A stretch of DNA of 32,000 nt. Origin: Micrococcus luteus NCTC 2665. GTDB lineage: Bacteria > Actinomycetota > Actinomycetes > Actinomycetales > Micrococcaceae. Within the stretch, counting starts at the first letter, position 1, and every line of letters starts with the position of its first letter. Location: assembly GCF_000023205.1 (NCBI RefSeq), contig NC_012803.1, positions 510,001 through 542,000 on the forward strand, given 5' to 3'. The notes beneath the pieces were generated by a model. That model saw nothing but the letters and a program-made list of their open reading frames with translations. It did no database searches and was not told where the DNA came from. Positions 1 through 9,493 of the stretch are shown piece after piece. A program made the position numbers and the translations under genes.

Positions 1-848
<848 letters not shown>

Positions 849-865
849 TCACCTCCGATCTTGGC

Positions 866-873
866 ATATTTCT
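866..873. repeat. Target-site duplication of IS copy A (ATATTTCT), left copy
   Basis: An identical octamer directly abuts both IS termini (866-873 and 2271-2278). Confidence 0.9.
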
Positions 874-2270
874 GGCTCTCCTGACTGATCCGTGGGTCAT
901 TTCCGGCCCGGTAGGACGGGTCGGTGGCCGCCGAGGTTGAGCATGGCCAGGGCGATGAGGGCTTCGGGGGACTTGAAGCCGAAGGCGACGCGGGTGATGA
1001 GCCGAATCTTCGTGTTCACGGACTCGATACGTCCGTTGGACAGGCCGTGCTCGATCGCGGCGAGGATCGAGGCCTTGTGCTTGACGATGCGGCGTTGGAG
1101 CTCGACGAAGGCGGGGATGCGGCAACGTCGGGCCCAGCCGATCCAGCGTTCCAGGGCCGTCTCGGCCTCGTCGGCGGGTAGCTGGAAGACCAGGCGCAGT
1201 CCTTCCTTGAGCAGGTAGGCCCGGTGCAGGCGCGGGTCGGTCTTGGCGACCCAGGCGAGCTTGGCCTGCTGCCGGGTGGTGAGGTTCTCGGGGTTCTTCC
1301 ACAGCGCGTACCGGGCGTGCTTGAGCGCCTTGGCGTGCCCGCCGGCCCGCCCGGCCCGGCGCTGCCGGACCGCGCCACGGGCCTCGTTCCACGCCTGGCG
1401 ACGGACCTCGTCCAGGGCCTCGGTGGCCCACTTGACGATGTGGAACGGATCAGCGCACCGCACCGCGTTCGGGCACCGCTCGGCGACCACGGCGGCGATC
1501 CAGTCCGCCCCGTCGGCGCTGACGTGGGTGATCTCGGCGCACCGGTCGGGCCCGAGGGCCTCGAAGAACGCCGCCAGGGTCGCCTTGTCCCGGCCCGGGG
1601 CGGCCCAGACGAGCCGGCCGGTGTCGTGGTCGACCACGATCGTGAGGTAGCGGTGGCCCTTCTTGTAGGAGATCTCATCGATGCCGATCCGTCGCAGGCC
1701 GGCGAACCGGTCGCCGAGGGCCTCCACGTCGGCCCAGACCCGGGTGATGATCGCCCCGACGGTGCGCCAGGCGATGCGCATCAGCTCGGTGACCGCGGAC
1801 TTGGAGCACTGCGTGGCCAGCCAGGCCACCTGCTCGTCGAACACCACGGTGTGACCGGCCCCGTGCCTGGCCCACGGGACGGCGGCCACCGTGGGACCGT
1901 GCTCGCGGCAGGCCACCCGCGGGGCGTCGGCCTCGAGGTAGACCTGCACCGTGCCCAGATCCAGCGCCCGCCACCGCCGCCGACCCTCGCCACGGTCGTA
2001 CCCGGGCGACCTGCGCCCGCACCGCCCGCACCGGCCACGCACTCGAGCCCGGGGACGGACATGAGCCACCAGGAGCTGGTCGTCCTCATCGAACTCGATG
2101 CCCTCCACGACCGTCTTCTCGACGCCCAGCAAGGACCGCCATAGGCTTGCGTTCCGCACGCCGTTCTCCGCCCTTCAGGTAACTGACCTCAACAGCCAGA
2201 AACCTAGGCAGAGAGCGGCGTGCCCTCGTCAACGGCTCGCCAGAACACCCACGGAAGCGTCAGGAGAGCC
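874..2270 (-). mobile_element. ISL3-family insertion sequence, copy A (1397 bp, transposase on minus strand)
   Basis: Both termini start GGCTCTCCTGAC. The imperfect terminal inverted repeats match at 21 of 24 positions: GGCTCTCCTGACTGATCCGTGGGT at 874-897, and GGCTCTCCTGACGCTTCCGTGGGT on the minus strand at 2270-2247. There is a single 420-aa DDE transposase and an 8-bp TSD, as expected for ISL3. Every stretch I compared is identical to copy B (24419-25815). A possible tnp -10 box TAGGTT lies at 2206-2201. Confidence 0.93.
897..2159 (-). CDS. ISL3-family transposase (420 aa, GTG start)
   Basis: N-terminal zinc-finger-like region CGRCGRRSPGY...VACREHG. DDE_Tnp_ISL3-type core IGIDEISYKKGHRYLTIVVDHDTGRLVW...VSADGADWI...DPFHIVKWATEALDEVRR...SNGRIESVNTKIRLITRVAFGFKSPEALIALAML. 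The translation is identical to ORF 24530..25792. Confidence 0.95.
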   Translation of the reverse strand: MRNASLWRSLLGVEKTVVEGIEFDEDDQLLVAHVRPRARVRGRCGRCGRRSPGYDRGEGRRRWRALDLGTVQVYLEADAPRVACREHGPTVAAVPWARHGAGHTVVFDEQVAWLATQCSKSAVTELMRIAWRTVGAIITRVWADVEALGDRFAGLRRIGIDEISYKKGHRYLTIVVDHDTGRLVWAAPGRDKATLAAFFEALGPDRCAEITHVSADGADWIAAVVAERCPNAVRCADPFHIVKWATEALDEVRRQAWNEARGAVRQRRAGRAGGHAKALKHARYALWKNPENLTTRQQAKLAWVAKTDPRLHRAYLLKEGLRLVFQLPADEAETALERWIGWARRCRIPAFVELQRRIVKHKASILAAIEHGLSNGRIESVNTKIRLITRVAFGFKSPEALIALAMLNLGGHRPVLPGRK

Positions 2271-2278
2271 ATATTTCT
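2271..2278. repeat. Target-site duplication of IS copy A (ATATTTCT), right copy
   Basis: Directly follows the IS terminus ...CAGGAGAGCC at 2270. Confidence 0.9.
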
Positions 2279-2423
2279 GAATCAGTCAAAAGAACCGCGC
2301 GCTGAGGGTGGCTGCCGGGGCCGCGGGGCGCCGTCGTGCAGACCCGACGACGGCGCCTGGTCACTAGGATGGAGGGCACCGGAGCCTTCCGGCCGCACAG
2401 ACCCCCGTTCGAAGGGAACCCCC
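2279..2423 (+). promoter_or_regulatory. Structured 5' leader of glyA-folD (11-bp GC hairpin 2327-2357). Possible riboswitch or attenuator.
   Basis: The stem GGCGCCGTCGT (2327-2337) pairs with ACGACGGCGCC (2347-2357) around a 9-nt loop, and no U-tract follows. The element CGGCGCCTGGTCA (2351-2363) resembles the ZTP 3' consensus by eye. The fold has not been verified. Confidence 0.3.
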
Positions 2424-3704
2424 GTGACGCAGACGCCCGACATCAACACCCAGCCCCTCGCTGAGGTGGACCCGGAGATCGCCGCGGCGCTCGCGGACGA
2501 GCTCGGCCGCCAGCGGGGCACGCTCGAGATGATCGCCTCGGAGAACTTCGTGCCGCGCGCCATCCTCGAGACGCAGGGCTCGGTGCTGACCAACAAGTAC
2601 GCGGAGGGCTACCCGGGCCGCCGCTACTACGGCGGCTGCGAATTCGTGGACGTGGCCGAGAACCTGGCCATCCAGCGCGCCAAGGACCTGTTCGGCGCCG
2701 AGCACGCCAACGTCCAGCCGCACGCCGGCGCCCAGGCCAACGTGGCCGTGATGACCTCGCTGCTGGACCACGGGGACACGATGATGGGCCTGTCCCTGGC
2801 GCACGGCGGCCACCTGACGCACGGCATGAAGCTGAACTTCTCCGGCAAGAACTACAGCATCGCCGCGTATGAGGTGGAGCCGGACACCCACCGCATCGAC
2901 ATGGACAAGGTGCGCGAGAAGGCCCTCGAGGCCCGGCCGAAGGTGATCGTGGCCGGCTGGTCCGCCTATCCCCGTCAGCTCGACTTCGCCGCCTTCCGCT
3001 CGATCGCGGACGAGGTCGGCGCCAGGCTCTGGGTGGACATGGCCCACTTCGCCGGCCTCGTGGCCGCCGGCCTGCACCCGAACCCGGTGCCGCACGCCGA
3101 CGTCGTCTCCTCCACCGTGCACAAGACCCTCGCCGGCCCCCGTTCGGGCTTCATCCTCTCCACCGAGGAGCTGAAGAAGAAGATCGATTCCGCCGTGTTC
3201 CCGGGCCAGCAGGGCGGCCCGCTGATGCACGCGATCGCGGGCAAGGCCGTGGCCTTCAAGATCGCCGGCTCCGCGGACTTCAAGGAGAAGCAGGAGCGCA
3301 CCCTGGCCGGTGCGCAGATCCTGGCCGAGCGACTGACCGCCCCGGACATGGCCGAGCACGGCATCTCGGTGCTCACCGGCGGCACGGACGTGCACCTGGT
3401 CCTGGTGGACCTGCGCGAGTCCCAGCTGGACGGCAGGCAGGGCGAGGACATCCTGCACGAGGTCGGCATCACGGTGAACCGCAACTCGGTGCCGTGGGAC
3501 CCGCGTCCGCCGATGACCACCTCCGGCCTGCGCATCGGCACCCCCGCGCTGGCCTCCCGCGGCTTCGGCGAGGCCGAGTTCCGCGAGGTGTCCGACGTCA
3601 TCGCCGAGGCCCTCAAGCCGAGCCCGGACGTGGAGGCGCTGCGCGCCCGCGTCGTGAAGCTCACCGAGGACTTCCCGCTGTACGACGGCCTCGAGGGCTG
3701 GTGA
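2424..3704 (+). CDS. glyA: Serine hydroxymethyltransferase
   Basis: [76 protein letters not shown]..., with the PLP-lysine motif [14 protein letters not shown]. Start chosen at GTG 2424, preceded by GAAGGGAA. The track ORF start at 2220 lies inside the IS and is therefore chimeric. Confidence 0.93.
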   Translation: MTQTPDINTQPLAEVDPEIAAALADELGRQRGTLEMIASENFVPRAILETQGSVLTNKYAEGYPGRRYYGGCEFVDVAENLAIQRAKDLFGAEHANVQPHAGAQANVAVMTSLLDHGDTMMGLSLAHGGHLTHGMKLNFSGKNYSIAAYEVEPDTHRIDMDKVREKALEARPKVIVAGWSAYPRQLDFAAFRSIADEVGARLWVDMAHFAGLVAAGLHPNPVPHADVVSSTVHKTLAGPRSGFILSTEELKKKIDSAVFPGQQGGPLMHAIAGKAVAFKIAGSADFKEKQERTLAGAQILAERLTAPDMAEHGISVLTGGTDVHLVLVDLRESQLDGRQGEDILHEVGITVNRNSVPWDPRPPMTTSGLRIGTPALASRGFGEAEFREVSDVIAEALKPSPDVEALRARVVKLTEDFPLYDGLEGW

Positions 3705-3711
3705 GCCGCCG

Positions 3712-4623
3712 ATGACCGCGAAGGTCCTGGACGGCAAGGCCACCGCCGCCGCGATCAAGGAGGAGCTGCGCGGCCGCGTGGCCGCCCTCGCCGAGCGTGG
3801 GCGCACCCCCGGCCTCGGCACCCTGCTCGTGGGTGAGGACGCCGGCTCGCAGAAGTACGTGGCGGGCAAGCACCGCGACTGCGCCGAGGTGGGCATCGAG
3901 TCCATCCAGCGTGAGCTGCCCGCGGACGCGACGGAGGAGCAGATCCTCGACGTCGTGCGCGAGCTGAACGAGGACCCGGCCTGTACGGGCTACATCGTCC
4001 AGCTGCCGCTGCCGAAGCACGTGGACACCCAGAAGGTGCTCGAGGCCATCGACCCGGACAAGGACGCGGACGGCCTGCACCCCATGAACCTGGGGCGGCT
4101 CGTGGCCTCGGTCGGCGGCGAGCTGGACTCGCCGCTGCCGTGCACCCCGGCCGGCTGCGTCGAGCTGCTGCGCCACCACGGTGTGGAGCTGGCCGGCAAG
4201 CACGTGCTCGTGATCGGCCGCGGCGTGACCATCGGCCGGCCCGCCGGCCTCGTGCTCACCCGCCGCGAGGTCAACGCCACCGTGACCCTGGCCCACACCG
4301 GCACCACGAACCTCGACGAGCTGCTGGCGAGCGCCGACGTCGTGATCGCCGCCGCCGGCTCCGCCCACATGGTGACGCCGGAACAGGTCAAGGAGGGCGT
4401 GATCGTCCTGGACGTGGGCGTCTCGCGCGTGACCGGGGAGGACGGGAAGTCCCGCGTCCTGGGTGACGTGGACCCGGCCGTGAAGGAGAAGGCGGCCTGG
4501 ATGGCGCCGAACCCGGGGGGCGTCGGGCCGATGACCCGCGTTATGCTGCTGGCGAACGTCGTCGAGGCCGCCGAGCGCGCCGCCGACGGCGAGAACTGGG
4601 CCGGGGAGCGGGCCGGGGCCTGA
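3712..4623 (+). CDS. folD: Bifunctional methylenetetrahydrofolate dehydrogenase/cyclohydrolase
   Basis: [19 protein letters not shown]...[17 protein letters not shown]...[12 protein letters not shown]...[13 protein letters not shown]...[11 protein letters not shown]...NPGGVGPMT. It starts 7 nt after the glyA stop, indicating an operon. Confidence 0.95.
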   Translation: MTAKVLDGKATAAAIKEELRGRVAALAERGRTPGLGTLLVGEDAGSQKYVAGKHRDCAEVGIESIQRELPADATEEQILDVVRELNEDPACTGYIVQLPLPKHVDTQKVLEAIDPDKDADGLHPMNLGRLVASVGGELDSPLPCTPAGCVELLRHHGVELAGKHVLVIGRGVTIGRPAGLVLTRREVNATVTLAHTGTTNLDELLASADVVIAAAGSAHMVTPEQVKEGVIVLDVGVSRVTGEDGKSRVLGDVDPAVKEKAAWMAPNPGGVGPMTRVMLLANVVEAAERAADGENWAGERAGA

Positions 4624-4631
4624 GATCCGCG

Positions 4632-4663
4632 GTGTGGCCGGGGCTACAGGGCCCCGGCCACAC
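4632..4663 (+). terminator. Hairpin after folD (13-bp perfect stem, 6-nt loop, no U-tract)
   Basis: GTGTGGCCGGGGC tacagg GCCCCGGCCACAC. It begins 9 nt after the folD stop. Confidence 0.5.
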
Positions 4664-4668
4664 GGGCG

Positions 4669-4674
4669 TACATT
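4669..4674 (+). promoter_or_regulatory. Candidate -10 box TACATT for oleate hydratase
   Basis: Matches the TAnnnT form of actinobacterial -10 boxes, and lies 41 nt upstream of ATG 4716. Position-only evidence. Confidence 0.3.
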
Positions 4675-4715
4675 GCGATGCAGGGGGGGAGAGGATCCAA
4701 CCCAGGAGGAATCGC

Positions 4716-6479
4716 ATGTACTACAGCAGCGGCAACTACGAGGCGTTCGCCCGCCCCCGCAAGCCGGAGGGCGTGGAGAAGAAGAAGGCCTACCTGGTGG
4801 GTGCCGGCCTGGCCTCCCTGGCCGCGGCGGGCTTCCTCGTCCGCGACGGCCAGATGCCCGGCGAGAACATCACCATCCTTGAGGCGAGCGACATCGCGGG
4901 CGGCGCCCTGGACGGCATTCCGGACCCGCATCGCGACGGCTTCCTGATCCGCGGCGGCCGCGAGATGGAGAACCACTTCGAGTGCCTGTGGGACCTGTTC
5001 CGCTCCGTCCCCTCCCTCGAGGTGGAGGGTGCCTCCGTCCTGGACGAGTTCTACTGGCTCAACAAGGACGACCCGAACTACTCCCTCATGCGGGCCACCC
5101 AGGACCGCGGCCAGGACGGGCACACCGACGGCAAGTTCACCCTGGACCTGAAGGCTCAGAAGGACCTGCTGGACCTCGTCATGGCGCGTGAGGAGGACCT
5201 GTATGACAAGCGCATCAACGAGGTGATGGGCAAGAGCTTCCTCGCCTCCAACTTCTGGCTCTACTGGCGCACGATGTTCGCCTTCGAGGAGTGGCACTCC
5301 GCCCTCGAGATGAAGCTCTACGTCCAGCGCTTCATCCACCACATCGGCGGCCTGCCGGACTTCTCCGCCCTGAAGTTCACCAAGTACAACCAGTACGAGT
5401 CCCTCGTCCAGCCGCTCATGCGCTGGCTCCAGGACCAGGGCGTGCAGGTGCAGTTCGACACCCGCGTCACCAACGTGGTCTTCGACATCACCGCCCAGCG
5501 CAAGACGGCCCGCCGCATCGAGTGGCTGCGCGGCGGCGAGGAGGGCGGCGTCGACGTCGACGAGGACACCCTGGTGTTCGTCACCAACGGCTCCCTCGTG
5601 ACCAACTCCAGCTGGGGCGACAACACCACCGCGCCGACGTGGGACTACGAGGTCAAGCCGGGCGACGGCTGGCAGCTGTGGAAGAACATCGCCCGTCAGG
5701 ACCCCGACTTCGGGCGGCCGGACAAGTTCATCCACGCCCCCAACGTCCACGCGGAGCACGAGACGGCCTGGGAGTCGGCCACGATCACCACGCTCGACGA
5801 CCGCATCACGCCCTACATCGAGCGCATCTGCCAGCGGGACCCCCATTCCGGCCGCGTGGTCACCGGCGGCATCGTCACGGCCCGCGACTCGGCCTGGCTG
5901 CAGTCCTGGACGATCAATCGCCAGCCCCACTTCAAGGAGCAGCGCCCCAACGAGCTGACCATCTGGTTCTACGGCCTGATGATCGACACCCCCGGCGACT
6001 TCATCCCCAAGCCCATGCGCGAGTGCACGGGTGAGGAGATCTGCCAGGAGTGGCTGTACCACCTGGGTGTCCCGGAGGATCAGATCCCCGAGCTCGCGAA
6101 GAACTCCTGCATCACCCGGCCCTGCGCGATGCCCTTCGTCACCGCGTTCTTCATGCCCCGCACCAAGGGGGACCGCCCGCAGGTGGTCCCGGAGCACGTC
6201 ACGAACTTCGCCTTCCTCGGCCAGTTCGCGGAGACCGTGCGGGACACCATCTTCACCACCGAGTACTCCGTGCGCACGGCGATGGAGGCGGTCTACCAGC
6301 TGCTGGACGTCGAGCGGGGCGTGCCCGAGGTCTGGGGCTCGGTGTACGACGTGCGGGAGCTGCTGAAGGCCACCGCCGTCATGCGGGACGGCAAGCGACT
6401 GCCGGTGCCCGGCTGGCTCTCCCGCCACCTGGAGAAGACCCAGGTGGGCGACCTCATGGAGCGCTACGGCGTGATCTGA
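4716..6479 (+). CDS. ohyA: Oleate hydratase (MCRA / fatty-acid double-bond hydratase family, FAD-dependent)
   Basis: Family-typical N-terminus MYYSSGNYEAFARPRKPEGVEKKKAYLVGAGLASLAAAGFLVRDG (GxGxxA FAD fold), followed by RGGREMENHFECLWDLF. AGGAGGA SD at 4704-4710. The 28 upstream codons of the track ORF (from 4632) overlap the folD terminator, so I rejected them. Confidence 0.9.
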   Translation: MYYSSGNYEAFARPRKPEGVEKKKAYLVGAGLASLAAAGFLVRDGQMPGENITILEASDIAGGALDGIPDPHRDGFLIRGGREMENHFECLWDLFRSVPSLEVEGASVLDEFYWLNKDDPNYSLMRATQDRGQDGHTDGKFTLDLKAQKDLLDLVMAREEDLYDKRINEVMGKSFLASNFWLYWRTMFAFEEWHSALEMKLYVQRFIHHIGGLPDFSALKFTKYNQYESLVQPLMRWLQDQGVQVQFDTRVTNVVFDITAQRKTARRIEWLRGGEEGGVDVDEDTLVFVTNGSLVTNSSWGDNTTAPTWDYEVKPGDGWQLWKNIARQDPDFGRPDKFIHAPNVHAEHETAWESATITTLDDRITPYIERICQRDPHSGRVVTGGIVTARDSAWLQSWTINRQPHFKEQRPNELTIWFYGLMIDTPGDFIPKPMRECTGEEICQEWLYHLGVPEDQIPELAKNSCITRPCAMPFVTAFFMPRTKGDRPQVVPEHVTNFAFLGQFAETVRDTIFTTEYSVRTAMEAVYQLLDVERGVPEVWGSVYDVRELLKATAVMRDGKRLPVPGWLSRHLEKTQVGDLMERYGVI

Positions 6480-6521
6480 CGCCGAGGGAGCGGGCCGGAG
6501 CCTGACCTCTCCCCGCCCCGT

Positions 6522-6582
6522 GACGAACCCTGCGATATGGCCCCCATCCACCCCGGATGGGGGCCATATCGCAGGGTTCGTC
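6522..6582. terminator. 28-bp perfect inverted repeat with a 5-nt loop (very strong hairpin) between ohyA and the ABC genes
   Basis: GACGAACCCTGCGATATGGCCCCCATCC (6522-6549), loop ACCCC, then GGATGGGGGCCATATCGCAGGGTTCGTC (6555-6582). I checked all 28 pairs by hand. There is no U-tract. Confidence 0.5.
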
Positions 6583-6620
6583 GCAGAGGGGGCGGCGCGC
6601 GTATGGGCGGGTGGTGCGCC

Positions 6621-6626
6621 TATGCT
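6621..6626 (+). promoter_or_regulatory. Candidate -10 box TATGCT, 8 nt upstream of GTG 6635 (leaderless-type start)
   Basis: TAnnnT hexamer, with no SD between it and the start codon. Confidence 0.35.
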
Positions 6627-6634
6627 GTCGCCTT

Positions 6635-7621
6635 GTGAGTCACACCACTCTGCACGCGTCCCCCGGCGACGCCTCCGTCATCCGTGCCCGCGGGCTGCGC
6701 AAGCAGTACGGCGAGTTCCACGCCGTGAAGGGCATCGACCTGGACGTGCGCCCCGGCGAGTGCTTCGGCCTGCTCGGCCCCAACGGCGCGGGCAAGTCCA
6801 CCACCATGCGCATGCTCGCGGGCACCTCGCAGCGCACCGCGGGCGAGCTGACCATCCTGGGCATCGACCCGGAGGAGGACGGGCCGGCCGTCCGTGCGCG
6901 TCTGGGCGTGGTGCCGCAGCAGGACAACCTGGACGAGGAGCTCACCGCCCGGGAGAACATCCTGATCTACGGCCGCTACTTCGGCCTGCCCTACTCGTAC
7001 CTGCGGCCCAAGGCCGAGGAGCTGCTGGCCTTCGCCCAGCTCACCGAGAAGGCGGACGCCAAGGTCACCGACCTCTCCGGCGGCATGAAGCGCCGGCTCG
7101 TGATCGCCCGCGCACTGGTCAACGAGCCGGCCCTCTTCCTCCTCGACGAGCCCACCACAGGCCTGGACCCGCAGGCCCGCCACATCCTGTGGGACCGCCT
7201 CTACCGGCTCAAGGAACGCGGCACCACGCTGCTGCTGACCACGCACCACATGGACGAGGCGGAGCAGCTGTGCGATCGGCTCGTCGTCGTCGACGGCGGC
7301 GAGATCATGGCCGCCGGCACCCCCGCCGAGCTCATCCGCGAGCACGCCTCCCGCGAGGTCCTCGAGGCGCGCTTCGGCGCGGACCGCAACGAGGCCGCGG
7401 CCCGCACCGTCCAGGCCCACGCGGGTGACGGCGTCGTGCACCGCGTCGAGGTCCTCCCGGACCGCGTCCTCGTCTACGCCCGACGCGCGGACGACCTGCA
7501 CGACGTCGTGCAGCGCCTCGTCGACGAGGGCGCCCTGCCCGCCCCCGTCACCACGCTGACCCGCCGCGCGAGCCTCGAGGACGTGTTCCTCATCCTCACC
7601 GGCCGCACCCTGGTGGACTGA
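6635..7621 (+). CDS. ABC transporter ATP-binding protein, NodI/DrrA-like (ABC-2 exporter type)
   Basis: Walker A GLLGPNGAGKST, signature LSGGMKRRL, Walker B LFLLDEPTTGLD, H-loop TTHHMDEA, and NodI-like RENILIYGRYFG. The start is uncertain (GTG 6635 preferred; GTG 6611/6614 possible). The track start ATG 6557 lies inside the palindrome. Confidence 0.85.
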   Translation: MSHTTLHASPGDASVIRARGLRKQYGEFHAVKGIDLDVRPGECFGLLGPNGAGKSTTMRMLAGTSQRTAGELTILGIDPEEDGPAVRARLGVVPQQDNLDEELTARENILIYGRYFGLPYSYLRPKAEELLAFAQLTEKADAKVTDLSGGMKRRLVIARALVNEPALFLLDEPTTGLDPQARHILWDRLYRLKERGTTLLLTTHHMDEAEQLCDRLVVVDGGEIMAAGTPAELIREHASREVLEARFGADRNEAAARTVQAHAGDGVVHRVEVLPDRVLVYARRADDLHDVVQRLVDEGALPAPVTTLTRRASLEDVFLILTGRTLVD

Positions 7622-7624
7622 CCC

Positions 7625-9493
7625 GTGCCGTCCCCCACCACGACGACGGCCCCCGGCCCCGCCTCGCCCGCCGAGCCGCTGCGCCCGCCGGTCACCGCGG
7701 CGGCGTCCGCGGAGCGCGTGAGGCGCCGCGGCGTCCTGCTCTACGCCGAACACCAGCTGCGGTCCATGCGTCGCTACGGCATGGTGCTGATCGTCGGTGC
7801 CCTGGGCGAGCCCGTGCTCTACCTGCTGGCCATGGGCCTGGGCCTGGCCCAGCTCATGGGCGGCGGGATGCCGCAGGACGCCCTGGGCGGGGTCTCCTAC
7901 GTCGCGTTCATCGCCCCGGCGCTGCTGGCCTCGGGTGCGCTGATGACCGCGTCCGTCGAGTTCTCCTACCCGGTGATGGGCGGGTTCCAGTGGCAGCGCA
8001 CGTACTACGCGGCGCAGGCCACGCCGCTGTCTCCGGCGCAGATCGCCCTGGGCCACCTCGCGGCCGTGAGCCTGCGGTTCGTGTTCCAGGCTGCCGTGTT
8101 CCTGCTGGTGATGCTGGCGTTCGGCGTGGTCTCGAGCCCGTGGGCGTGGGTGCAGGTCCTCACCGCCACGCTCGGCGGGCTCGCCGTCGGCGCGCCGATC
8201 ATGGCGTTCGCGGCCTCCCTGAAGGAGGACAAGGGCCAGTTCGCCACCCTGCAACGGCTCGTGGTCATGCCCCTGTTCCTGTTCTCCGCCACCTTCTACC
8301 CGCTCGAGGCGCTGCCGGTGTGGCTGCGCTGGATCGGCTGGCTCTCCCCGCAGTGGCATGCCGCCCAGCTCGGCCGCGTGCTCTCCTACGGGATGGTCGA
8401 GCCGGCCTGGCTCACCGTGGTGCACGTGGCGTTCCTGCTGGCCCTCGCGCTCGGCGGGGCCTGGCTCGCGGTGCGGATCTACACGCGCCGTCTCGGCTGG
8501 GTCCGAGGCACCCCGGACCGGGACGCCGTCACGGCCGCCCGCCGGGTTCGTGCCCCGCGCCTGGGCCGGCGTGCCGCGCGCACCGGGGCCGCCCGCGCCG
8601 ACGTCGCACCCGCCGCCGCGCAGGCGGAGCCGGCCGCGCCGTCGTCCTCGGTGATGCGGGAACACGCCGTCGCCGTGCCCCCCATGCCCGAGATCCCCGT
8701 GCGCCGCGGCCCGCTGGCCGGCGCGTACTCGGGCAACGTGCGCGCGGTGATGGAGCGGGCGTTCCTCTCCCTGAAGTCCAACAACTGGGTGGTGTTCTTC
8801 TCCGGCTTCTTCGAGCCCGTGCTCTACCTGGCCTCCATGGGCCTGGGGCTCGGCGCGCTGGTCGGCGACGTGGCCGGCCCGGATGGCACCCCCGTCCCGT
8901 ACGGCATGTACCTCGCCCCCGCACTGCTGGCGGTCTCGGCGATGAACGGCGCCATCTACGACTCCACGTGGAACGTGTTCTTCAAGCTGCGCTACGCGAA
9001 GACGTACCAGACCATGCTCTCCACGCGGCTGGGCCCGCTGGACGTGGCACTCGGGGAGATCGCGATGGCGCTGCTGCGCGGGCTGATCTACGCGGTCGGC
9101 TTCCTGATCGTCATGACCGTGGCCGGGCTCGTCACCTCGTGGACGGCGCTGCTCATGATCCCCGGCGCCCTGCTCGTGGCGCTGGGCTTCGCCTCCCTCG
9201 GCATGGCGGTGACGAGCTGGATGAAGACGTTCCAGCACATGGACTGGATCCAGATCGTGCTGATGCCCATGTTCCTGTTCTCGGCCACGTTCTTCCCGCT
9301 CGCGGTCTACCCGGAGCCGATCCAGTGGGTGATCCGCGTGTTCCCGCTGTGGCACGCCGTGGAGATGATGCGCGCGCTCGCGGTGGGCGTGCTGAGCTGG
9401 GCGACCGCCGGCCACGTCCTCTACTTCGTGGTGATGGCCGGCGTCGGGGTGTGGCTCGCCGCCCGCCGGCTCGGTGCGCTGTTCCTGCGCTGA
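7625..9493 (+). CDS. Tandem-fused ABC-2 type permease (two NodJ/DrrB-like modules in one 622-aa ORF)
   Basis: Module 1 (about 7625-8494) and module 2 (about 8700-9493) are paralogous: GEPVLYLLAMGLGLAQ versus FEPVLYLASMGLGLGA, and PLFLFSATFYPLEALPVWLRWIGWLSPQWH versus PMFLFSATFFPLAVYPEPIQWVIRVFPLWH. They are joined in frame by an Arg/Ala/Pro-rich linker with no stop codon. The GTG start is 3 nt after the ATPase stop. Confidence 0.8.
   Translation: MPSPTTTTAPGPASPAEPLRPPVTAAASAERVRRRGVLLYAEHQLRSMRRYGMVLIVGALGEPVLYLLAMGLGLAQLMGGGMPQDALGGVSYVAFIAPALLASGALMTASVEFSYPVMGGFQWQRTYYAAQATPLSPAQIALGHLAAVSLRFVFQAAVFLLVMLAFGVVSSPWAWVQVLTATLGGLAVGAPIMAFAASLKEDKGQFATLQRLVVMPLFLFSATFYPLEALPVWLRWIGWLSPQWHAAQLGRVLSYGMVEPAWLTVVHVAFLLALALGGAWLAVRIYTRRLGWVRGTPDRDAVTAARRVRAPRLGRRAARTGAARADVAPAAAQAEPAAPSSSVMREHAVAVPPMPEIPVRRGPLAGAYSGNVRAVMERAFLSLKSNNWVVFFSGFFEPVLYLASMGLGLGALVGDVAGPDGTPVPYGMYLAPALLAVSAMNGAIYDSTWNVFFKLRYAKTYQTMLSTRLGPLDVALGEIAMALLRGLIYAVGFLIVMTVAGLVTSWTALLMIPGALLVALGFASLGMAVTSWMKTFQHMDWIQIVLMPMFLFSATFFPLAVYPEPIQWVIRVFPLWHAVEMMRALAVGVLSWATAGHVLYFVVMAGVGVWLAARRLGALFLR

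Noticed and set aside
2220-2423. N-terminal 68 codons of track ORF 2220..3704 (would give a 494-aa SHMT)
   Set aside because: The ATG at 2220 lies inside the IS (which ends at 2270), so the extension is a chimera. SHMT homology begins at about 2424, where a GTG follows GAAGGGAA.
6557-6634. ATG 6557 as the start of the ABC-2 ATPase
   Set aside because: It lies inside the right arm of the 28-bp palindrome, and the extension (MGAISQGSSQRGRRAYG...) has no ABC homology. A TAnnnT box precedes GTG 6635.
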